DNA of 64,000 bases from Ignavibacteriota bacterium (lineage in GTDB: Bacteria; Bacteroidota; Ignavibacteria; UBA10030), in the NCBI GenBank assembly GCA_963701295.1, contig OY969585.1, positions 160,001-224,000 of the forward strand. The letters run 5' to 3'. Both the position numbers and the translations under genes were made by a program. Below are positions 41,247 to 51,145 of the stretch, in pieces. Within the stretch, counting starts at the first letter, position 1. The number at the start of each line of letters is the position of its first letter. The notes under the pieces are model-generated. The model was not told the DNA's origin, did no database searches, and saw nothing but the letters and a program-made list of their open reading frames with translations.

Positions 41247-41930
41247 TTAGGATTCAACTGACTCGGTTTTGCTTCTGAAGCTCGTGATTTTCCGTTCAGT
41301 TCCTTCTACCAATCGCTTAATATTAGCGCGATGAGAATAAATCAGAAAAAGCGCAATTCCCGTACTGAAAAACACGAGTGTCTTGTAACTGTGAATTTCA
41401 TCTGAGAGGATATTATATCGAATGATCAGCGACAACGGAAATGCTGCTGCTGCCATAATAGAACCTAATGATACATAGCGAAATGCAAAGAGAAAGATAA
41501 AAAATACAACCATGGAAACTGCAAATTCTGTCGGCGCAATACCGATCAACATTCCCGCTCCTGTTGCAATGCCTTTTCCACCCTTGAATCCCGCAAATAC
41601 CGTTAATACATGGCCAATAATAGCCGCGCCCCCACAAATCATTTGAATAATTGTAAAATCGTCAAACGGAGTATGATTATAGAAAGGTAATGTCGGATCC
41701 CAAAACAATCGCGCTACCACGGTCGTCGCCAGAACGCCCTTTAATACATCCATCACAATAACAAAAATACCTGACTTCCAGCCGAGAACACGGAAAACAT
41801 TGGTGCCGCCTGCATTGCCGCTTCCTTTGCTGCGAATATCAAATCCATGCCTCCACTTAGAAAGCATAACGCTCGTTGGAATCGATCCTACGACATAACT
41901 CAAGAGTATCACAATCACCATATTCATCAT
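41247..41930 (-). CDS. plsY: Acyl-phosphate:glycerol-3-phosphate acyltransferase
   Basis: GSGNAGGTNVFR, FKGGKGIAT, HRANIKRL..GTE. Confidence 0.95.
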   Translation of the reverse strand: MMNMVIVILLSYVVGSIPTSVMLSKWRHGFDIRSKGSGNAGGTNVFRVLGWKSGIFVIVMDVLKGVLATTVVARLFWDPTLPFYNHTPFDDFTIIQMICGGAAIIGHVLTVFAGFKGGKGIATGAGMLIGIAPTEFAVSMVVFFIFLFAFRYVSLGSIMAAAAFPLSLIIRYNILSDEIHSYKTLVFFSTGIALFLIYSHRANIKRLVEGTERKITSFRSKTESVES

Positions 41931-41970
41931 ACAGACTTATCCTTTGTTTCTAAAATAACACAATCTATAT

Positions 41971-41999
41971 AAGATATTCATTTCGGCATCAAGAAGCAA
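41971..41999 (-). promoter_or_regulatory. Putative promoter for plsY-gpsA
   Basis: TTGCTT-N17-TATCTT. Confidence 0.5.
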
Positions 42000-42000
42000 C

Positions 42001-42720
42001 CTACATCAACCCTTTTACATGCCACCGATCCAATATCAACGCACCCAACTCCAAATCCTCAGGTGTTGTAATTTTGATATTATCGTAATTTCCTTCCACA
42101 ATACGCACTTTGACGCCAAGCCGTTCGACCAATGCAGCTTCATCCGTTGAATAGAATTTGTCTTCTCGCGCTTTTTTGAACGCCTTCACTAATAATTTTG
42201 CGCGAAATGCTTGAGGCGTCTGTACTAACCAGAGCGCTGTGCGATCAAGAGTCTGATCGAAAAAACCTCCGCCTGTCGAACGCCGAATCGTATCTTTCGG
42301 TTGAACGGCAAGCACCGCTGCATCATATTCTTTGCAAACTTTCAGGAGATGTGCAATGCGCTTTGTCTCAATGAACGGCCGAACACCATCATGCACAAGC
42401 ACGATATCGGAATCTTTTAATGTCAGACGATTGAGGACATTGTTCACAGAATCCTGCCGCTTCTTGCCGCCCATTATCATCTTGCTAACTTTATGCAGTC
42501 TGTATCGTGCAACAACGGCTTCCATATCAGATATCGCCGATTCCGGAATAGCCATCGCCACTTCATCTATTTCCGAACAATGTTCAAATTGCTGGAGTGT
42601 ATGAACAATGATCGGCTTCCCCTTGAGAGGCAGGAACTGCTTTTTGATCTCTCCGCCAATGCGTGTGCCAGAACCAGCCGCAGGAATAATTGCAAACACT
42701 TTGGGCCTTGATCTTGACAT
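42001..42720 (-). CDS. ispD: 2-C-methyl-D-erythritol 4-phosphate cytidylyltransferase
   Basis: PAAGSGTR, KQF, GGKKRQDSV, VHDGVRP, QTPQAF, NIKITTPED. Confidence 0.96.
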   Translation of the reverse strand: MSRSRPKVFAIIPAAGSGTRIGGEIKKQFLPLKGKPIIVHTLQQFEHCSEIDEVAMAIPESAISDMEAVVARYRLHKVSKMIMGGKKRQDSVNNVLNRLTLKDSDIVLVHDGVRPFIETKRIAHLLKVCKEYDAAVLAVQPKDTIRRSTGGGFFDQTLDRTALWLVQTPQAFRAKLLVKAFKKAREDKFYSTDEAALVERLGVKVRIVEGNYDNIKITTPEDLELGALILDRWHVKGLM

Positions 42721-42838
42721 TTATCCGATATTCCTTTTATGCAAAAAGTGCACACCAAAAAAAATAATGAGAGGGAAATCCGCTTTCGATTATTTTATCG
42801 AATCGAATGCGTTACTCCCTCCAAAACGATCGATCAAC

Positions 42839-43876
42839 TTACCAAATCAACATCACATCACCATAGCTATAAAAGCGGTATCCTTCTTTAACAGCTTTCT
42901 TATAGCCATGCATTAATAAGTCATGTCCTGCAAATGCACTTGTTAACATAAGCAGTGTCGATTCCGGTAAATGAAAATTGGTGATCAGTTTATCGGTAAC
43001 CTTAAAATCATATGGCGGGAAGATGAATTTATCGGTCCATCCTTTTGCCGGCTTCACATGACCATCCGCGGTAACGCTCGATTCCACAGCACGGCATGTG
43101 CTCGTGCCGATAACGAAGACGTTATGCTTTGAATCAATCGTTTTATTAATAATGTGCGACGCCTCGCCAGAGATCTCAAAATACTCCGAGTCCATTTTGT
43201 GCTTCGTCAAGTCTTCCACTTCGACTGTACGGAATGTCCCAAGTCCAATATGGAGCACGACCGGTGCTATCTTCACACCTTTTGCTTGAAGTTTTTTAAT
43301 AAGCGCCTTCGTAAAGTGTAATCCTGCTGTTGGTGCCGCAACTGCGCCCACGACGCGGGCGTACACTGTCTGATAGCTTTCTTTATCCTTGTTGGTTGCC
43401 TCCCGCTTGATATAATGCGGTAACGGTGTCAGGCCAATCCTATCGATGATCTTGAAAAAATCACCTTTATGATTGAAGCGTACCGTCCGTCCGCGCGAAG
43501 TGGTATTGTCAATAACTTCGCACCAGAGTTTACCATCGTCGAAATAGATTTTATTACCGATGCGCACTTTGCGCGCCGGATCAACGATAACATCCCAAAT
43601 ATTTTCTTCAGCGTTCAACTCACGCAGTAAGAAGACTTCGATTTTTGCATTCGTCTTTTCTTTTTTACCATAGAGACGCGCTTGAAATACTCGTGTCTCA
43701 TTGACAACAAGACAGTCTCCCTTTTGAAAATATTCAGCGATTTCATAAAACTTCCGTTCTTCAATAGTGTCTTCGGCACGATTCATGACCATCAATCTCG
43801 AGTGGTCGCGCGGATTAGCCGGCTGTTTTGCTATCAAGTTTCGCGGAAGCGGATATTTGAAATCGGAGAGCTTCAT
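42839..43876 (-). CDS. queA: tRNA preQ1(34) S-adenosylmethionine ribosyltransferase-isomerase
   Basis: SRLMV, PLPHYIKR, YQTVYA, AAPTAGLHF, TNFHLPESTL, YRFYSYGD. Confidence 0.97.
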   Translation of the reverse strand: MKLSDFKYPLPRNLIAKQPANPRDHSRLMVMNRAEDTIEERKFYEIAEYFQKGDCLVVNETRVFQARLYGKKEKTNAKIEVFLLRELNAEENIWDVIVDPARKVRIGNKIYFDDGKLWCEVIDNTTSRGRTVRFNHKGDFFKIIDRIGLTPLPHYIKREATNKDKESYQTVYARVVGAVAAPTAGLHFTKALIKKLQAKGVKIAPVVLHIGLGTFRTVEVEDLTKHKMDSEYFEISGEASHIINKTIDSKHNVFVIGTSTCRAVESSVTADGHVKPAKGWTDKFIFPPYDFKVTDKLITNFHLPESTLLMLTSAFAGHDLLMHGYKKAVKEGYRFYSYGDVMLIW

Positions 43877-43961
43877 TGCTCATATCCCTTCTATTATGAT
43901 ATGATGAAGGAGGCGGTAAACGAATTTACCGCCCCTATGATTTAGTGAACTTACCATCGGC

Positions 43962-46742
43962 TTACTTCTTGCGCGATGTCTTTCCTTTTTTATTAACTTT
44001 CTTGGCAGTTTTCTTCGCCGGTTCTGCCGGATTCAGCAGCGCTGCACGCGCAGCAGCCAATCGTGCAATCGGAACGCGGAACGGTGAGCAGCTTACATAG
44101 TTCAAACCGATCAAATGACAGAACTCAATGCTCGATGGATCACCACCGTGCTCACCGCAGATGCCAAGTTTAATACCGGGACGCGCTGTGCGGCCCTTCT
44201 CTACGGCGATCTTCATCAGCTTGCCAACACCGTCACGGTCGAGAACTTCGAACGGATCCTTTGCGTACATTTCTTTTTCAACATACGGAATCAGGAACCG
44301 CGCCGCATCATCGCGGCTTACACCGAGCGTTGTTTGCGTCAGATCGTTTGTGCCAAAACTGAAGAACTCAGCAACCGCTGCAATTTCATCTGCAGTGATA
44401 GCACCGCGCGGAATTTCGATCATCGTGCCAACAAGATATTTGAACTTTACGCCTTTTTCCTTCATCACAGCTTCCGCTACTTTGCGAACGAGCTTTTCTT
44501 GATGCACAAGTTCCTTCACGTTGCCGACAAGCGGAATCATTACTTCCGGTTCTACCGCAATGCCCTTCTTCTGTGTATCAGCAGCGGCCTCAAAGATAGC
44601 GCGTGCCTGCATTTCAGTAATCTCCGGGAAAATGATACCAAGGCGGCAGCCGCGGAATCCAAGCATGGGATTAAACTCATGCAAACCTTCGACACGTTCC
44701 TTGACCTTCTCGTAGCTGATCTTCATTGCTTGTGCAAGTTCGCGTTGTTCTTTTTCCTCATGTGGCACGAATTCGTGCAACGGTGGATCGATCGTGCGGA
44801 TGGTCACCGGTTTCCCGTGCATCGCCTCAAAGATACCGGCGAAGTCTGCGCGCTGCAACGGCAGCAACTTTGCCAATGCTGCTTTACGTTGTTCGAGAGT
44901 ATCGGCAAGAATCATTTCGCGCATGGGACCGATTTTCCCTTCACCGAAGAACATATGTTCGGTGCGGCAAAGGCCAATACCTTCTGCACCAAACGCGATT
45001 GCATTCGCAGCTTGGTCAGGTTGATCTGCATTCGTGCGAATCTTGAGTGTCCGGTACTTGTCTGCCCATCGCATTACTTTGGCGAACGTTTGATACACCG
45101 GTGCGTCTTTCGCATCGAGCGTTTTTTCTACAAGAACTTGAAGCACTTCTGACGGTTTCGTTTGAATCTTGCCTTCTATCACTTGACCAGTTGTACCGTC
45201 GAGCGAAATCCAATCACCTTCGTTCAGCACTTTGCCCTTCACGGTCATCGTGTGCTTAGCATAATCAATGAGCAGCTCATCACATCCTGCGACACACACC
45301 TTACCCATTTGACGGGCAACAAGTGCAGCGTGCGAAGTCATTCCACCACGTGCAGTCAGAATTCCTTCCGAAGCATCCATACCTTTGATGTCTTCCGGGG
45401 AAGTTTCAATACGAGTGAGAATAACTTTCTCGCCGCGATTTTTCCATGCTTCTGCATCAACAGCATTGAATACAATGCGTCCGGTGGCAGCACCGGGACC
45501 TGCATTCAAACCCTTTGCCAGCAATCTTCCGGATTTGACAGCGGCATCTTTTTCCTTCACATCGAAGATCGGACGAAGCAGTTGATTCAATTGGTCCGGT
45601 TCGATACGCGTCAACGCTTCTTTTTCAGAAATAAATTTATCGCCGACCATATCCACTGCAATCTTGATGGCGGCAAACGCTGTCCGCTTTCCAACACGGC
45701 ATTGAAGCATGAACAACTTGCCTTGCTGGATGGTGAATTCGATATCCATCATATCGCGATAATGTTTTTCGAGAGTCTTGCGGATCTTATCAAGCTGCCC
45801 GTATAATTTCGGATCCTGTTCCTTCAACTTTGAGATATGCAGTGGTGTGCGCGTACCGGCAACCACATCTTCGCCTTGCGCATTCATCAAATATTCGCCG
45901 TAGAAATAATTTTCTCCGGTAGCCGCATCACGCGTAAAGGCTACGCCAGTTCCTGAATCTTCACCCATATTGCCGAATACCATCGTCTGCACGTTCACTG
46001 CCGTGCCCCATGACTCAGGAATATCGTACATCTTGCGGTAAGCAATCGCACGATCATTCATCCAAGAACTGAACACAGCTCCGATAGCGCCCCACATTTG
46101 TACAAGCGGGTCCTCTGGGAAATCATAACCCGTTTTCTCTTTGATCGCTGCCTTAAACTTTACAACGAGTTCTTTCAGATCTTCGGCGGTGAGTTCAGTG
46201 TCAAGTTTCACGCCTTTTGCGTGCTTCTTCGCTTCAATGATCTCTTCGAACGGATCGATGTCATCCTTGTTCACCGGCTTCAATCCAAGTACAACATCGC
46301 CGTACATCTGCACAAAGCGGCGGTACGAATCGTACACAAAGCGTTCGTTCTTTGTCTTAGCGACAAGGCCGGCAACCGTCTGGTCGTTGAGGCCGAGATT
46401 GAGAATAGTGTCCATCATACCGGGCATCGATGCTCGTGCGCCGGAGCGTATAGAAACGAGCAGCGGATTCTTCGCATCACCGAACTTTGCATCCATTGCC
46501 TTTTCGACTTTCGTGAGTGCAGTTCGGACTTCTTTCTCCAGCGATTTCGGATACTTCTGTTTGTTCTGATAATACGCGGAACAGACTTCCGTCGTGATTG
46601 TAAAACCCGGAGGAACCGGCAGTCCGATATTAACCATTTCGGCAAGGTTTGCCCCTTTGCCGCCGAGAAGATTTTTCATCTCTGCTTTGCCTTCGGCTTT
46701 ACCGCTGCCGAAGAAATAAACATACTTTGGTACTTTTGCCAT
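43962..46742 (-). CDS. ppdK: Pyruvate, phosphate dikinase
   Basis: [54 protein letters not shown]. Confidence 0.98.
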   Translation of the reverse strand: MAKVPKYVYFFGSGKAEGKAEMKNLLGGKGANLAEMVNIGLPVPPGFTITTEVCSAYYQNKQKYPKSLEKEVRTALTKVEKAMDAKFGDAKNPLLVSIRSGARASMPGMMDTILNLGLNDQTVAGLVAKTKNERFVYDSYRRFVQMYGDVVLGLKPVNKDDIDPFEEIIEAKKHAKGVKLDTELTAEDLKELVVKFKAAIKEKTGYDFPEDPLVQMWGAIGAVFSSWMNDRAIAYRKMYDIPESWGTAVNVQTMVFGNMGEDSGTGVAFTRDAATGENYFYGEYLMNAQGEDVVAGTRTPLHISKLKEQDPKLYGQLDKIRKTLEKHYRDMMDIEFTIQQGKLFMLQCRVGKRTAFAAIKIAVDMVGDKFISEKEALTRIEPDQLNQLLRPIFDVKEKDAAVKSGRLLAKGLNAGPGAATGRIVFNAVDAEAWKNRGEKVILTRIETSPEDIKGMDASEGILTARGGMTSHAALVARQMGKVCVAGCDELLIDYAKHTMTVKGKVLNEGDWISLDGTTGQVIEGKIQTKPSEVLQVLVEKTLDAKDAPVYQTFAKVMRWADKYRTLKIRTNADQPDQAANAIAFGAEGIGLCRTEHMFFGEGKIGPMREMILADTLEQRKAALAKLLPLQRADFAGIFEAMHGKPVTIRTIDPPLHEFVPHEEKEQRELAQAMKISYEKVKERVEGLHEFNPMLGFRGCRLGIIFPEITEMQARAIFEAAADTQKKGIAVEPEVMIPLVGNVKELVHQEKLVRKVAEAVMKEKGVKFKYLVGTMIEIPRGAITADEIAAVAEFFSFGTNDLTQTTLGVSRDDAARFLIPYVEKEMYAKDPFEVLDRDGVGKLMKIAVEKGRTARPGIKLGICGEHGGDPSSIEFCHLIGLNYVSCSPFRVPIARLAAARAALLNPAEPAKKTAKKVNKKGKTSRKK

Positions 46743-46766
46743 TGCGTGCGTTATCCTTTCAGTGAC

Positions 46767-47480
46767 CTATTGATTGATGGTTCTTTTATTTAATTGATAT
46801 TGATGAACTTCTCGCAAGAATAACATCGCGAGTTTTTGCGAAAAAAAAGTTTCTCTCAAACGTTCCGGATGCCACTGCACGAGCATCAGAAACGGCATAT
46901 TGTCTTTCAACACCCACTCGGCTGCTTCCACTACATTGTCCGGTGAAATCGCAGAGCACATTAATCCTTTGCCAAGATTTTCGACTGCTTGATGATGAAA
47001 CGTGTTCACTTCCGTTTCGGTTGTTCCAGTCAGTGCATGCAGCATCGAATGCGGCATGACAGATATTCCATGCAATGTTCTACTATCATCTGATGGACTT
47101 GTATGGTCATCATAACCTTCTGATGCTAGATCAACAATTAACGAACCGCCGAGATACACATTCATTACTTGCATTCCACGGCAAACACCAAGGATCGGTA
47201 TATCGGCATCCAGTGCTCGTTCAATAGCAGCAAATTCAAATTCGTCCCGGCGTTCATTGACTCCTTTCATTTTACTAAGTTGACTTTCCTTTCCATAATA
47301 CCGCGGATGGATATCACCGCCTCCGGGGAGGAGAAGACCGTCGAGCATTTCAATTTCTTTTACGTTATCAAGTTCGTGCGACAGTTTTTGAATATCCACG
47401 GATCCATCGACTGAACGAATCCAGCGGACATACTGCTCGTATTTGTCTTCTTTCAAAGTGTCTGTAATTCCAATTCTCAT
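46767..47480 (-). CDS. Gamma-glutamyl-gamma-aminobutyrate hydrolase family (peptidase C26, class I glutamine amidotransferase)
   Basis: GLLLPGGGD, PILGVCRGMQ, VNTFHHQA, VQWHPE; ATG overlaps the lpxK TAA (ORF track 47486). Confidence 0.9.
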   Translation of the reverse strand: MRIGITDTLKEDKYEQYVRWIRSVDGSVDIQKLSHELDNVKEIEMLDGLLLPGGGDIHPRYYGKESQLSKMKGVNERRDEFEFAAIERALDADIPILGVCRGMQVMNVYLGGSLIVDLASEGYDDHTSPSDDSRTLHGISVMPHSMLHALTGTTETEVNTFHHQAVENLGKGLMCSAISPDNVVEAAEWVLKDNMPFLMLVQWHPERLRETFFSQKLAMLFLREVHQYQLNKRTINQ

Positions 47481-48535
47481 TACCATTCACCATGTTGTAT
47501 CAATGCATCCAACATATCTTTTCCAGCAACAAACACTTGCTGAATTTCAGCAACAATCACCGGTTCATTCACCAAAAATTCGACAAATCGCTCTCTCAAC
47601 CGCATAAAATCTTTTTCTGTCGTGACTATAAAATCAATGTTTAATGCTTTTCTTGCTTTGACGATTGTCTGAATATCTTCATCAGAAAACCAGTGATGAT
47701 CGGAGAATATGAAATGCTTTACAATTTTCATTCCCGTATCTGCAAGAAGCGACTCGAACGTTTTCGGCCTGCCGATTCCGGAAACAGCAATAATTTTTTT
47801 GCCAATGAACTGCCCGTCTTCTATTATTTCGTTCGTCGGTGTTCGTTTGAACGATTTTAATTTCGTCTGCAATCCAATCATTCCCTCTCTTTTAAGCGGA
47901 AGACGAGGTTCAGATTTCAAATGCATTTTCATCATTCCCGACACCTGATCAAACTGCTCAACATCTGCACACCTCGTAACGATCAAAGCATCAGCTCGTT
48001 TCAGCGAACTCATCGGCTCACGCTTATTGCCTGCTGGCAGCAGCCAATTACCGTTCAAGATTTCTTCTGCCGACATCACCACAAGATTCAGATCGCGATG
48101 GAGGTATCGATGTTGAAATCCATCATCCAGCAATATTATCTCAGCGCCAAGTTTTATAGCTTTCTGAGCGCCGCGGGTACGTTCCTCATCGACTACAACG
48201 ATGAGATTAGAAAATTTCCTCGCAAGTTGACTTGGCTCATCTCCTGCATCTTCGACTGAGGCAAAATTTCCGCATCCATCACTTACGATTATTGTTCCAA
48301 CTGATTTCCTTCCATACCCACGACTAACGACCGATAGTCTGCGATTGTTTCCCAATCTCTCAATCAGCATTTCAACAATCGGTGTTTTTCCAACTCCTCC
48401 TGTCGAAATATTACCCACCGAGATCACCGGTATACTGACTTTCGTGGTTTTCAGAATTCCTATGTCAAAGAACCAGTTGCGAATAGTAATTCCCAACCAA
48501 AATAATAAAGAAAATGGTAACAGGAGTTTTCGCAT
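47480..48535 (-). CDS. lpxK: Tetraacyldisaccharide 4'-kinase
   Basis: PVISVGNISTGGVGKTP, SRGYGR, GDEP, LDDGFQH, LLPAG, TTEKD. Confidence 0.96.
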   Translation of the reverse strand: MRKLLLPFSLLFWLGITIRNWFFDIGILKTTKVSIPVISVGNISTGGVGKTPIVEMLIERLGNNRRLSVVSRGYGRKSVGTIIVSDGCGNFASVEDAGDEPSQLARKFSNLIVVVDEERTRGAQKAIKLGAEIILLDDGFQHRYLHRDLNLVVMSAEEILNGNWLLPAGNKREPMSSLKRADALIVTRCADVEQFDQVSGMMKMHLKSEPRLPLKREGMIGLQTKLKSFKRTPTNEIIEDGQFIGKKIIAVSGIGRPKTFESLLADTGMKIVKHFIFSDHHWFSDEDIQTIVKARKALNIDFIVTTEKDFMRLRERFVEFLVNEPVIVAEIQQVFVAGKDMLDALIQHGEW

Positions 48536-48561
48536 TCTTTTATCAGTAACTCATTTTTCCA

Positions 48562-48645
48562 CCCCCCCCTCTTGCCTCTCCTCTTAAGAGAGGATAGCCT
48601 GCCCGCCGCAAAAAGCATGCTTTGGCAGGCGGGGGATGAGGTCTC
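48562..48645. repeat. Composite palindromic repeat between lpxB and lpxK
   Basis: TCCTCTTAAGAGAGGA and CCTGCCCGCC...GGCAGGCGGG hairpins inside CCCCC..GGGGGATGAGG arms. Confidence 0.6.
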
Positions 48646-48649
48646 TAAA

Positions 48650-49771
48650 TTAAATCATCTGTAATATTCGTTCCGCAACTTTCTGTGATGCGCCAGCGCT
48701 GCCAAGCATTCCTTTTACCTTGGAAAGTTCCATTTTCATTTCTTTCAATTTTTTCTCGTCGCTCAACAACTTCAATGCCGACTTTTCTAAATTCTTTGCA
48801 TTCGCCCGATGTTGTATAAACTCCTGTGCAATTGTTTTTCCTGCCACAATATTGACAAGTCCGATATTCTTCACATGCACCAACAGCCGACCAATGCAAT
48901 AGGTGAGCCATGATGTTTTGTACACGACAAACATCGGTGTTCCAAAGTATGCGGTTTCTAATGTTGCCGTGCCGGAGGTAACAAAAGCAAAATCCGCATT
49001 TGCCATCACATCATAAGTTAATCCTGCGATCAACCGAACACCTTTTAGATTATAGAATGTCCGGAAGTACCGCTCTTCAAGTGTTGGTGCAACACCAACG
49101 ACGATTTCCATTTCCTTCTCTGCAGCGATTCTTCGCGCAGCGCTCAGCATATCTGGAAATATCTTTTCAATTTCTTGTTTTCTGCTTCCTGGCAGTAAAG
49201 CAAGAATTTTCTTTTGCCCATCGAGTTCAAACCGTTTACAAAAATTCTTTCGATCAAGCTTTGATTCCAATGCTTCCAACAGCGGATGGCCAACAAACTC
49301 CGTATCGATTCCTTCTGTCCGATAAAAATCAACTTCAAATGGAAAGATGACCAGCATTTTATCTACCAGTGACCGCATTTTTTTTACTCGCGACTTATGC
49401 CATGCCCACACTTGCGGACTGATATAATAGACGATTTTGACATCATATCGTTTCGCGATGCGTGCAAACCGGAGATTAAATCCTGGATAATCGATCAGAA
49501 CCAGAGCATCGGGTCTTTTGAACTTAACGATCTGCTCAAGCGTATGTTCCATCGTTTTGATAAATGGAAGATGCTTGAGTACTTCCACAAATCCCATAAA
49601 ACCAAGTTCGTTGATGTGATAGATATTCTCCATCCCTTCGTGCTTCATTTTATCTCCGCCGACACCATACACATCAATACCGGGAGAGAGGCGTTTCAGC
49701 TCTCGCACAACACCGGAGCCATGCAAATCGCCCGATGCTTCTCCAGCGATGATCATCACGCGTTTGACCAC
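48650..49771 (-). CDS. lpxB: Lipid-A-disaccharide synthase
   Basis: AGEASGDLHG, IDYPGFN, YYISPQVWAW, VGHPL, LLPGSR, SGTATLE. Confidence 0.97.
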   Translation of the reverse strand: MVKRVMIIAGEASGDLHGSGVVRELKRLSPGIDVYGVGGDKMKHEGMENIYHINELGFMGFVEVLKHLPFIKTMEHTLEQIVKFKRPDALVLIDYPGFNLRFARIAKRYDVKIVYYISPQVWAWHKSRVKKMRSLVDKMLVIFPFEVDFYRTEGIDTEFVGHPLLEALESKLDRKNFCKRFELDGQKKILALLPGSRKQEIEKIFPDMLSAARRIAAEKEMEIVVGVAPTLEERYFRTFYNLKGVRLIAGLTYDVMANADFAFVTSGTATLETAYFGTPMFVVYKTSWLTYCIGRLLVHVKNIGLVNIVAGKTIAQEFIQHRANAKNLEKSALKLLSDEKKLKEMKMELSKVKGMLGSAGASQKVAERILQMI

Positions 49772-49774
49772 GGA

Positions 49775-50356
49775 TCACCTCATGTACCAAAGAACAAGAA
49801 GAACCAACAACACCAAACCCAATGCTTGAAACGTCCGCCGCTCAGAGCGCACCGCCTCATGCCAGAGTGCTTGTTGATGCGCTTGCGAAGGATGTGTGTA
49901 CGGAATGACGCGCGGAATAAAACGCGGGACATTCTTTTTATATTCAACATACCCCGAACCGAACTCGTTGACAAGAAATTCTTCTTCCGCAAAAACAATC
50001 TGAGAATATTGAAATGCGAAGTACACTACTGCAGCACTTACTAACCATGGAAACAGCGCATTCGACATGACGCCAACACCGATGTACGTAAGCATATTCC
50101 CTACATACAACGGATTGCGTACATATGCAAATGGTCCTGCCACAATCACTTCCGGTGCGCCGACACTTCCTGTCACACGGGTGAGACTTCCGGCATAAGC
50201 AACACCCCAAAATCTCATCGACTCGCCGAATGCTACCAAAACAACTCCGGCAGTTACCGTCATCAGTGTCGGGTGAGCAAAAACCATCATCACCAACAGG
50301 AATGGGATCGGTGTATAGCTTCGGAGCGTAAACAATTGTTGTCGCAACTTTTTCAT
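49775..50356 (-). CDS. ICMT/Ste14-family membrane methyltransferase, LmtA-like
   Basis: LFTLRSYTP, GPFAYVRNPLYVGN, AEEEFL..EFG..Y..Y...VPRFIP; ends 3 bp upstream of lpxB (ORF track start 50383). Confidence 0.85.
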   Translation of the reverse strand: MKKLRQQLFTLRSYTPIPFLLVMMVFAHPTLMTVTAGVVLVAFGESMRFWGVAYAGSLTRVTGSVGAPEVIVAGPFAYVRNPLYVGNMLTYIGVGVMSNALFPWLVSAAVVYFAFQYSQIVFAEEEFLVNEFGSGYVEYKKNVPRFIPRVIPYTHPSQAHQQALWHEAVRSERRTFQALGLVLLVLLVLWYMR

Positions 50357-50404
50357 AACTTCAAAAATATTCCCGCTCAACAATACGGGAACACCTTATT
50401 ACTT

Positions 50405-51109
50405 TTATCCTTGCATAAATACTTCACGGCGAGCTATTGCAGCTTCCTGCCGATGGCGAATGCGTTTGCGTTGAAGTATTTCCTCCAGCTTCACCTGCAC
50501 ATCACCAAAATGATTAAATTCAAAAAATGTAATATTCTGCTGCTGGCAATATTTTATCAATTGCCGCTTCGCAAACACGAAATCCGCGTACCGAACCGGG
50601 CATCGATCGGAAAATCCATCGCCGATATAAACAATAATATCTTCATCCGCTGATGTGTTCAGCATATAATTCCGCTTACAGTTGCCGCATAAGCTACATT
50701 CCGCATCCGTGTACGGAAAGGAAACCTTAAGCCTCTCTCCGACGAACTCCGCGTGATTCGCAAAGAACGGTACATGAATTAATCCAGCATTTGAAAGAAC
50801 ATGTTCTACATACGCATCCAAACCGTCGCTCAGAACCGTGAGCGGGGTATCCCGCTCCTTACAGAAACTGACGAAGTTAACAAAGTGTGGATCGACAACA
50901 AATTGATCCATGAAGCTTATGAACTCATTTTGATTGATTGCAGGAATCGCTTCGCACAATTCCGTCAGCCACATTTGCATGGTGATTTCACCATTGAGCA
51001 AATGGCGAGTACTTGCTTCTGCGTTCTCACCTGCATATTTCCGAAAAAACTGTTCGCCCACATCTTGCAAACACACGGTTCCATCAAAATCACAAAAAAT
51101 ACGAATCAT
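50405..51109 (-). CDS. HAD-IB family phosphatase (MtnX-like)
   Basis: DFDGT motif I, LSDG, CGNCK, YIGDGFSD, VFAK. Confidence 0.88.
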   Translation of the reverse strand: MIRIFCDFDGTVCLQDVGEQFFRKYAGENAEASTRHLLNGEITMQMWLTELCEAIPAINQNEFISFMDQFVVDPHFVNFVSFCKERDTPLTVLSDGLDAYVEHVLSNAGLIHVPFFANHAEFVGERLKVSFPYTDAECSLCGNCKRNYMLNTSADEDIIVYIGDGFSDRCPVRYADFVFAKRQLIKYCQQQNITFFEFNHFGDVQVKLEEILQRKRIRHRQEAAIARREVFMQG

Positions 51110-51118
51110 AAATCTTCC

Positions 51119-51145
51119 GTAAGGGCGAGGTTACCTCGCCCCTAC
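51119..51145. repeat. GTAG-family REP-like palindrome at the smc stop codon
   Basis: GTAAGGGCGAGG-TTA-CCTCGCCCCTAC. Confidence 0.7.

Noticed and set aside
44115-45152. 345-aa + strand ORF, and similar ones at 45162, 46098 and 40189
   Set aside because: Antisense shadows of ppdK/gpsA caused by codon bias; no motifs or RBS.
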